Source of the DNA: Alphaproteobacteria bacterium | Lineage (GTDB): Bacteria; Pseudomonadota; Alphaproteobacteria; M2410 | Assembly (NCBI GenBank): GCA_006226305.1 | Contig: SBHG01000127.1 | Coordinates: forward strand, 1,367 to 65,366 | DNA: 64,000 nt | Reading direction: 5' to 3' | Shown: piece after piece, positions 8,426 to 16,026 of the stretch | Position numbering within the stretch: the stretch's first letter is position 1 | How the letters are laid out: each line of letters opens with the position of its first letter | The notes under the pieces: model-generated | What the model was told of the DNA's origin: nothing | What the model saw: only the letters and a program-made list of their open reading frames with translations | Database searches by the model: none | Made by a program: the position numbers and the translations under genes

Positions 8426-11251
8426 TCAATTTTGAATCTGTTCGACTACCTTGACTAATTGCTTTTCGAGCAATTGGGCAAATATCTTGCTACCTTCATC
8501 TCGAAAATGCGAAGAGTCAGCAAAATGAACATTGTCCGCTGGCATTTCGCGCGTGGCATCGTAGTAATGACACTTCATGCTCCCAACAACATCAGCTCTG
8601 ACCCTGCGGTAAATTTTCTGGGCCTGAAGAAAGCCGCGAAGTGAAACATGAGGCAGGTAGAGGCAGTAGCTCGTAAGGCTGCGAACCTGCTGCCAAAATG
8701 ACAATTCTTCGCGTAGCCTATTACATTCCAGCAATATGACGTAACGACCATTGCCTTGACAGCTTGCAATCAAGCTCTTCAAGCGATCTTCATAACCATC
8801 GGCGATATCATCCCTAATTTCCAATTTTCGCCAAGGAAAGATGCTCATGATCTGGCGGAATATGACGACAATGTTTTTTTCCATCAACATGAGGGCATGA
8901 GATTTTCGGGCTAACCAACTCGGCTGATAGGCCAGCCCGCGAAAGAACCCCTTCTCGCGCGCGAGATAGGTTAAGTCACGCATCATGTCCCCGGCCCGAA
9001 TGATCACGATGTCCGGGTTCAACGGCGCGACAAATTCTTCAAATAGCCTTTGTATCCGCCTAGTTGTGTAACCTGGATACCCTGCATTCACATAATCAAA
9101 TTGCCGCTCCGGAAATCGCCTTTTAAGGCCTTCAACGAGCAAATTTGACCAAGTATGTTCATTAGATGACACCGATGGATCAATAACAGATGAGCTGCCA
9201 ATGAAGGCTATGCGCAAACACCCTGGCGGTTTTATTTCCCCAATGTCCGGCCCTCGAAATCCTAAGTTATTAAATTGTATTTTCCCCGAGGACGCATAAG
9301 GACGGCCGATGCGCAGACCAGACTTCTTGTCTAACCTGTATAGATCAGATCTATTAGATTCTTCCAGATTTGCCGGTCCATCAACAAAGTTGATGTCGCC
9401 AACGCCATCTGGGCCATTGCTTATATTCTCTTCGCGACAGTCTCTTTCCGCCAAATAGTCGCTCATTTTGCGAACGGTATTGCATGTACTCAGCATCTCC
9501 TGGGCATCAATATGAGCTGTAATGGTCTCTTCAATTTGCATGAGCAGCTGAGTTGCGGACAAGGAATCACCGCCAACCTCAAAGAAGTCATCATCAATGC
9601 CAATCCCCTTCACGCCAATCCAGCTTTGCCAAACATCGATGAGCCATTCATCCAATTTATTGCGCGAGCCAATGTGCGCGCCCAAACCTTCTCGAGATAC
9701 CTCTGCCGGCATTGTGAGAGCCTGGCGGTGAACCTTGCCGCTGGCTGTTTGAGGAATGTGCTGCATGAGGATAAAATGTGAGGGCACCATATAGGCCGCC
9801 AGTTTTTGCCCGACGAAGTCTCTGAGCTCGCGAATCGAAAATGTGCCCCCAGCGACCATGCGAACATATGCGGCAAGCTGATCTGATCCGCTCTCGGTCT
9901 GGTGAACCTTGACCACACATTCAGCGACTTTTGGGTTCTGAAGAATCCGTTGTTCCACCTCGGACAGATCAACGCGATAGCCTCTGAGTTTCACTTGATG
10001 ATCCGCGCGGCCGACGATGACCATATTTCCATCTTCCTCAACACGCGCCAAATCGCCGGTGGCAAATGTTCGGCTCCCATCTTCATTCACTGTAAAACGA
10101 TTGGCGATCTCCTCGGGAGCGTTCAGATAGCCAAGTGCAATATATTTGCTGGTTACAAAGACTTCACCAACCTCACCTTGTTCAACCAATGTGCCATCTT
10201 CTCTGCGTAACTCAACTAATTTGTCGGGGGCAGGTTTTCCAAGCGGCACGCGGTCACTTTTGGTCCTCTTGCCTGGACCGTACCAAGTATTGGTAATCAT
10301 ATTGGACTCTGACATCGTCAGACCACCGCGAATGCCGCAGGTCTTAGGCAAATAGTTATAGAATCTCTCAACATCCGTCCAATAGAGCGGCTCGCCTCCA
10401 CAGGTTGCAAATCTCAGTGTCGAAAGATCCTCGTCACCCCTTAAGGTGTCTATAAATCGGCGGAACATTGTCAGGACCGAGGACAGGCCAATAATTTTGT
10501 GCTCCCCAATGTATTCCCCCAAGCCTTCGAAGCCTACTTCGCGAACGGGAATATAATGTGTCGTGGCGCCAGAAAGGAGCCCGAGAAAAATATTTCTCTG
10601 CGCGCCAAAAACAGCAGGCGTGAACATCGAGATAAAATTATCACCAACTTTAAGCTGGAGCTCGCGTGCAGTCACCATCGTGTTATGCAAGGTACCCAAG
10701 TGGCCGTGCAGCACCCCTTTGGGCGCTCCTGTCGAGCCCGAGGTCATAATGACAAAGGCTTCCGCCTCATCAGAAATTTGGACCTTGGGATCGTCAATAT
10801 CGGCTTCAATATCGCAGAGCTCGGCCAAGAATATAGGCAGCGATGCCTCGTTCAACTGGTTGGCCAGGTCAAGGTAACGGTTGTCTGTCACAAGCGCGCA
10901 CACACCGGTACGGGCAATATATTCGCTAAGTCTCTCGACGGGCTGGGCCGGATCCAGAGGCACATAGCACTTGCCTGCTTTGAGGACCGCCATAGCGGCG
11001 ACATGAAAGCGCGCACCATTGTTCAAAACCAGACCAACCCGCCCTGTCGGCTGATCTCTTCCAGCCAAAAATTCATATGCAAGGCGGTTCGCCTGATTGT
11101 TAAATTCCCTGAATGTGAGATTTGCTTCCTGATTAACCAAAGCCAAAACAGTCGGTATTGCTTTGACAACAGCCTCAAATCGCTCTGGCAGGGATTGTCC
11201 CAAATCCCAATCTGGAACGCCTGAAAGCGCTGTCTTGGTGCCGCCACTCAT
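8426..11251 (-). CDS. stand-alone NRPS-like adenylation domain - carrier domain - SGNH/GDSL hydrolase/acyltransferase fusion
   Basis: A-domain cores TSGSTGAPKG, FATGDLAR, GRADHQVKLRGYRVDLSEVE and AAYMVP...SGKVHRQAL. Carrier motif FFEVGGDSLSATQL. SGNH blocks IAFIGSSSV, NAGYPGY and DSSHF. ATG 11251 has GAGG 9 nt upstream; the ORF track starts at TTG 11257. Confidence 0.85.
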   Translation of the reverse strand: MSGGTKTALSGVPDWDLGQSLPERFEAVVKAIPTVLALVNQEANLTFREFNNQANRLAYEFLAGRDQPTGRVGLVLNNGARFHVAAMAVLKAGKCYVPLDPAQPVERLSEYIARTGVCALVTDNRYLDLANQLNEASLPIFLAELCDIEADIDDPKVQISDEAEAFVIMTSGSTGAPKGVLHGHLGTLHNTMVTARELQLKVGDNFISMFTPAVFGAQRNIFLGLLSGATTHYIPVREVGFEGLGEYIGEHKIIGLSSVLTMFRRFIDTLRGDEDLSTLRFATCGGEPLYWTDVERFYNYLPKTCGIRGGLTMSESNMITNTWYGPGKRTKSDRVPLGKPAPDKLVELRREDGTLVEQGEVGEVFVTSKYIALGYLNAPEEIANRFTVNEDGSRTFATGDLARVEEDGNMVIVGRADHQVKLRGYRVDLSEVEQRILQNPKVAECVVKVHQTESGSDQLAAYVRMVAGGTFSIRELRDFVGQKLAAYMVPSHFILMQHIPQTASGKVHRQALTMPAEVSREGLGAHIGSRNKLDEWLIDVWQSWIGVKGIGIDDDFFEVGGDSLSATQLLMQIEETITAHIDAQEMLSTCNTVRKMSDYLAERDCREENISNGPDGVGDINFVDGPANLEESNRSDLYRLDKKSGLRIGRPYASSGKIQFNNLGFRGPDIGEIKPPGCLRIAFIGSSSVIDPSVSSNEHTWSNLLVEGLKRRFPERQFDYVNAGYPGYTTRRIQRLFEEFVAPLNPDIVIIRAGDMMRDLTYLAREKGFFRGLAYQPSWLARKSHALMLMEKNIVVIFRQIMSIFPWRKLEIRDDIADGYEDRLKSLIASCQGNGRYVILLECNRLREELSFWQQVRSLTSYCLYLPHVSLRGFLQAQKIYRRVRADVVGSMKCHYYDATREMPADNVHFADSSHFRDEGSKIFAQLLEKQLVKVVEQIQN

Positions 11252-11307
11252 CTCCAATTACCTCAGACATTAACGATCGGGTCAAAATTGGTCTCGATCA
11301 TCTTCTA

Positions 11308-11323
11308 TGCAAGCACAATACCA
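11308..11323 (-). promoter_or_regulatory. sigma-54-type -24/-12 promoter candidate
   Basis: Minus strand reads TGGTATtgtgcTTGCA, with exact GG-N10-GC spacing and a perfect TTGCA. About 55 nt upstream of the A-T-SGNH start. Confidence 0.45.
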
Positions 11324-11539
11324 GACCTGGGGCTCCAATCTGTCAGAATTTGGTCTGGGCGGTAGATCCGCGCGGTTTTACGCGCGATCAGATTCCATAA
11401 TACTCTATCCAAGAGGTCACCGATCTATCAAAATCCGGATCATTTCCTGACGAACTAATCATTTGAGAAAGATTTGATGCTAGGGTAGCAACATACTGGT
11501 TAACTCGTTGATGATCCTACTGATGGTCATGACCGCCCC

Positions 11540-12622
11540 ATGCAAACAAAAACTATTTCCGAAACTCAGTCTGCCAGCGCGCTAACACCTTTGCCACCTT
11601 TGGCAGAGCTTAGCGAGCGCTGGCAGAAACTGTCTTTGCAATCAGCAGACAATTTCTTTGCGACATGGGCCTGGGTGTCTGCCTGGCTTGATCCTTCAGA
11701 TAGCAACTATCGACTTTTCTCCATAAAAAGCGATGCAGGTGATGACCTGGCACTCGCCATCCTGTCGAAGGATCCTGATGATGGCTCGCTTTGGCTTAAT
11801 GCGCCTGCCAGTTCTGCACACCGTGTGATCTTTTGCGAATACGGCGGCCTTTTACACAGCCCCAAATTGACGAATTTTCCTCTTCACATCTTGACAGACC
11901 ATCTGTCGCAACAAACATTGCATATCAGCGGCTCACGCCTGCCGTTCGACCAACTTGAGCGGGTGTCCGATCGGCGTGCCCTCGGTCGCCAGAAACGCTC
12001 GTCTTTCTTCGCAAACCTTCAAATCATCCGACAGGCTGAGGGGGGGTATGACGCCCTCTTGAGCCGCAATACCCGCCAACAACTTGCTCGGGCGCAACGG
12101 ATTGAGGAGACCTTTGGCGAAATCTCGTTTCAGGTCTCCAAGACTGGCGTCGAGGCCAATACTGCGCTGAAAATGCTGATTTCTCTTCAGCGCTCATCAT
12201 TTGCTGTTCGGGGAAAGGAAAGCGCCTTCGACTCTTCCTTCCTTGGCCAGTTTGCGTCTGCGCTTATCAATTCACAAGCCAATGATGGCCACGTTGAGCT
12301 CTTTTCCCTCTACAATAGCGACGAATGTCTTGGTATCCTCTTTAACCTTGTTCAAGGATCAACAGTTGCTAACTACCAGAGCGGCTTTGCACTCAGGCAG
12401 GACCCGAAATCAAAAATTGGTTATCTGGTGCACAAAGCAGCGATCCAACACTACACACAGATGGGATTTGAGAAATATTCTTTTCTTGCCGGGGATGCAC
12501 AGTACAAACAAAGCATGTCGACGGATACTGAGATGCTTCATTGGGCTCGCCTTGAGCGCCCCTCTGCACTCAATTGGACGGAAAATACCGTGCGCCGTTT
12601 AGCTGGACGCCTCGTCACATGA
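11540..12622 (+). CDS. CelD/BcsL-type FemAB-like GNAT-fold protein
   Basis: About 360 aa. C-terminal YSFLAGDAQYKQSMSTD resembles the CelD-like acetyltransferase-fold family. Its stop overlaps the next gene (ATGA). Confidence 0.65.
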   Translation: MQTKTISETQSASALTPLPPLAELSERWQKLSLQSADNFFATWAWVSAWLDPSDSNYRLFSIKSDAGDDLALAILSKDPDDGSLWLNAPASSAHRVIFCEYGGLLHSPKLTNFPLHILTDHLSQQTLHISGSRLPFDQLERVSDRRALGRQKRSSFFANLQIIRQAEGGYDALLSRNTRQQLARAQRIEETFGEISFQVSKTGVEANTALKMLISLQRSSFAVRGKESAFDSSFLGQFASALINSQANDGHVELFSLYNSDECLGILFNLVQGSTVANYQSGFALRQDPKSKIGYLVHKAAIQHYTQMGFEKYSFLAGDAQYKQSMSTDTEMLHWARLERPSALNWTENTVRRLAGRLVT

Positions 12623-13722
12623 AGATCCTCTATCATCACAGAGTGGCGGCCAGGGATGGCATGGATGTTCACATAACAGAACTGGTCCGCGCCTTTCGTG
12701 ACCTAGGACATGACATGCTCATGGTGGGCCCTGACCGCGGAAGCGATACGGATTTTGGACGAAGCGGCGCAGCTGTCTCCCGTGTCCGCCAATTTTTACC
12801 TAGAGTAATTAGTGAAGCATTAGAAATTGTTTATGACCGCCTTGCCTTTCGGCGTCTGGAGCGCGCTTATTTGCAGTTTCAGCCGGATATTCTCTATGAG
12901 AGGCACAATCTCTTTTTGACCGCCGGCAAACGCCTGCATGAAAAATATGGTATACCCTATTTGCTGGAAGTGAATTCACCCTTGGCAGCAGAGCGAGAGG
13001 CTCATGGCGGACTCGCCCTCAAGCGATTTGCCACGGCACAGGAAGCGGCCGTTTGGCGCTCGGCGACGCACCTATTCCCGGTAAGTGGTGTTCTCTCCAA
13101 AATCCTACAGGCTGCAGATGTCGACCCCAACCGGATTACTGTCGTTCACAATGCTGTCAATCCGCAGATGTTTCACGAAGGTGTCGATGGCAGCGCCGTG
13201 CGTGCGCAATACGGGCTTGTTGAAACTGATGTTGTGCTCGGGTTCACCGGATTTATCCGACCCTGGCATGGACTTGACCGGGTCATTGATGCTCTGGCGA
13301 CCTCGATTGTGCCGACAAACACAAAACTGTTCATCGTTGGAGACGGCCCTCACCGCTCCGCTCTTGAACAGCAGGCTCTTGCCCTCGGCGTTCAGGATCG
13401 GGTTACCTTCGCCGGGTTAGTTTCACGGCGGGATATGCCAAGCTTTATCGCCGCCTTCGATATTGCCCTGCAGCCAGCAGTGACACCTTATGCGTCACCT
13501 TTGAAACTCTTTGAATATATGGCTCTGGGTAAGGCTATCATTGCGCCGGACCAGGAGAACATTCGGGAAATTTTGGACGATGCAGAGGGCGTTTTTTATT
13601 CAAAAGATTCTTCTGACCTTGCTCTCCTGATCTCCCAGGCAAGCCATTGTGAATATAAAGGTCCTGTCCGGCGCTGGTCAGAGAACGTACATCAAATACT
13701 TCAAAGCCTTGTAGCGCAATGA
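12619..13722 (+). CDS. glycosyltransferase family 4
   Basis: MKILYHHR... N-terminus. GT4-type C-terminal half (FIVGDGP, VTPYASPLKLFEYMALGKAIIAP). ATGA overlaps at both ends. Confidence 0.85.
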   Translation: MKILYHHRVAARDGMDVHITELVRAFRDLGHDMLMVGPDRGSDTDFGRSGAAVSRVRQFLPRVISEALEIVYDRLAFRRLERAYLQFQPDILYERHNLFLTAGKRLHEKYGIPYLLEVNSPLAAEREAHGGLALKRFATAQEAAVWRSATHLFPVSGVLSKILQAADVDPNRITVVHNAVNPQMFHEGVDGSAVRAQYGLVETDVVLGFTGFIRPWHGLDRVIDALATSIVPTNTKLFIVGDGPHRSALEQQALALGVQDRVTFAGLVSRRDMPSFIAAFDIALQPAVTPYASPLKLFEYMALGKAIIAPDQENIREILDDAEGVFYSKDSSDLALLISQASHCEYKGPVRRWSENVHQILQSLVAQ

Positions 13723-14993
13723 ACCTGCGTAAGAAGATACTCAATACCGTTCGACGATGGGATGACCACCTTCATGAGGCCTGGGGGCCTTGCCGGATTT
13801 TGTTTGTGATCTCCAATGAAATCGGACTTGCCAGCCAATTGCCAGTTGCTCGGATCCTGGCAAAAAGCCCACAATTCTCGGTCCGCTTTGCTTTTGACAG
13901 CGAAGAATCGAAATTGAAAGGAATTGGCTCAGGTGAGCAGGACTTCATAGAAAAAAGAAAGGTCAATCGAAGGCTCGCCACTTTTAGAAAGTGGCATTAT
14001 GTCTTTCATACCGATGTCAATCGTTTTTATTGTCGGCGCAATGCCGTCCACGCCCTTCTTCCCCATGGGTCTGCTTTTGGCAACACACCCAAAAGTGAAG
14101 ATCGCTCCCTGATGAAACGAGATTACCGCACTTACGCGGTCGCCCAGCCGCAGATAAACCTCAATTTGGCGGTTTCGAGAGCTTCGATTGACTTTTCATT
14201 TCAGATCGCGGCAGAGATAATGTCTCAACGTAACAAGCTGCATTTTGCGGCGGGCTCTCCCAAAACCGATCAGATCTTTCAAAGACGAAATGCGCCTGAT
14301 TCAGATCGGAGGGTCCAGTTCCTGGCAGAGATGGGACTTTCGCCAGACGACCACATCATATTGATTACATCGCATTGGACCGAAAATTCCCTGCTGCGAA
14401 CCCTCGGTCTTGACTTTGTAAGGTCAATTGCCACAGCCTTTCCCAATTACAAGATCATTCTGTTTGGGCATAGTATCCTATGGGATAAAACCAGACGGGA
14501 CCTTGGATCGAAGATACTTGAGATGCGTCGCCAATCCAGATCACTTTTGGATGAATTTTCGAACATTCGAGTATATCGTAACCATTTGAATGCTTCACAA
14601 GTAATAGATATAGCCGAATTAGTAATCGTGGATTATAGCTCAATTATCGTCGAGTCATGCGCATGGGACAAACCTCTAATTAGATTGGTCACACCACAAA
14701 TTCAGTTTGAAAATCAAATTTTGGCGCAGATTTTTGACGATGCAATGATCAACTTCGATACGGTCGAGTCCTGTATTGAAGCTATAAATTCCTATTTGTT
14801 CAATGGGGATAATAAGAAGCAGGCGCGCAAAGTCCTAGTAGATTACTTTCTTGCAAATCAGGGTACTTCAGCAATTTCAATAGCTAACATTGTAATGAAT
14901 GCAGGAAAGGTGTCGGGGATGAATTCACCAGGTTGGAAACGCCTTACAGAAATGTCAATAAGGTACCATCCGAATGCTGGGAGTAATATTTGA
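13719..14993 (+). CDS. putative TagB/TagF-like CDP-glycerol (polyol-phosphate) transferase
   Basis: By-eye matches to TagF family blocks: GSPKTD (cf. GYPRND), IILITSHWTE (cf. ILYAPTWR) and VIVDYSSIIVESCAWDKPLI (cf. LITDYSSV..KP). AT-rich gene. Confidence 0.45.
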   Translation: MNLRKKILNTVRRWDDHLHEAWGPCRILFVISNEIGLASQLPVARILAKSPQFSVRFAFDSEESKLKGIGSGEQDFIEKRKVNRRLATFRKWHYVFHTDVNRFYCRRNAVHALLPHGSAFGNTPKSEDRSLMKRDYRTYAVAQPQINLNLAVSRASIDFSFQIAAEIMSQRNKLHFAAGSPKTDQIFQRRNAPDSDRRVQFLAEMGLSPDDHIILITSHWTENSLLRTLGLDFVRSIATAFPNYKIILFGHSILWDKTRRDLGSKILEMRRQSRSLLDEFSNIRVYRNHLNASQVIDIAELVIVDYSSIIVESCAWDKPLIRLVTPQIQFENQILAQIFDDAMINFDTVESCIEAINSYLFNGDNKKQARKVLVDYFLANQGTSAISIANIVMNAGKVSGMNSPGWKRLTEMSIRYHPNAGSNI

Positions 14994-15003
14994 CCGATTT
15001 AGG

Positions 15004-16026
15004 TCATGCCTTTGACCCACCAATTTCCTCTGCCGATTTCCTCACCAAGGGGAATAATGATGGCGACAAACAAGCAATCCAATATTTCAATGTCGTGCGA
15101 AGCGGAACTGGTTCGGTTAATTGCCGATAGAGATCTCGAACCTGCAATTGCAACCTTTCATCAAAGGCGCGATTGATCGCCTGTATCAGTCTCAGGTTTC
15201 TTGTATGGCGAGCCACTCTTAGTTGATCCGAATCAAGGTTCATGTTGGCTTGAACAAAGTCGATAATTTCGATCTCGCCCAGCAAGAGCAATCTTTGGTC
15301 TGCCGAGTCATTTCCGGCATGTTTTCTGATCCCGACCAACGGCTTTGCGAGCGCGGCGACCATGCCCGCATTCAGACACCTTAGGGTAAACTCCCAGTCT
15401 TCTGCCTTGACCCCGTTCAAGGCTTCATTGAAACCACCGATGTCCTCAACAAATACCCTGGATAAGACAGACGCGGATGGGAAGATGGGCTGAAATTGAA
15501 AATTCGCACTCATGAGGTCTCCGCCCAAAACCCACACGTCACCGTCTTTGAATTGGACTATTCGTTCCCAATACTCCTTTGGCGCTTTTGAGAATTTTGT
15601 CGTTTCATCCCAGACACCCTCGATCACATGTCTAAAATTTGTAAAGAGCAGGTCAACTTCCGGGTGACCTACCAGTGCCTTAGCGACTTCCTCAAGATAT
15701 GTTTCACTCCAAAGATCATCACTGTCACACAGGGCAATCCAGTCCCCACGAGCCGCACCAATTCCGGCATTTCTGGCGTGCTGCACACCTTTGTTTTCCG
15801 TACGAAGAATCTTCAGAAATGGGTGATCCTTGGCATAGGCCAGGGCAATTTCATGAGTGTTGTCCGTTGATCCATCGTCAACAACAATGACCTCCCTTGG
15901 GAGGGCTGTCTGATGGAGGATCGATTCCAGCGTTTCACCAAGAAGGTTCCCCCTGTTGTAGGCTGGAATGACGACAGAAACAGAAATCCTCTGGTCATTT
16001 TTCTCTGTCCGGTCCGCTTCGGTCAT
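15004..16026 (-). CDS. glycosyltransferase family 2
   Basis: VSVVIPAYNRGNLLGETLESILHQT...VIVVDDGSTDNT. ATG 16026 shares one base with the upstream stop (TAATG), with GGAGG upstream. Confidence 0.85.
   Translation of the reverse strand: MTEADRTEKNDQRISVSVVIPAYNRGNLLGETLESILHQTALPREVIVVDDGSTDNTHEIALAYAKDHPFLKILRTENKGVQHARNAGIGAARGDWIALCDSDDLWSETYLEEVAKALVGHPEVDLLFTNFRHVIEGVWDETTKFSKAPKEYWERIVQFKDGDVWVLGGDLMSANFQFQPIFPSASVLSRVFVEDIGGFNEALNGVKAEDWEFTLRCLNAGMVAALAKPLVGIRKHAGNDSADQRLLLLGEIEIIDFVQANMNLDSDQLRVARHTRNLRLIQAINRAFDERLQLQVRDLYRQLTEPVPLRTTLKYWIACLSPSLFPLVRKSAEEIGGSKA

Noticed and set aside
10499-11224. 241-aa plus-strand ORF
   Set aside because: It is antisense to the adenylation domain, which has intact core motifs.
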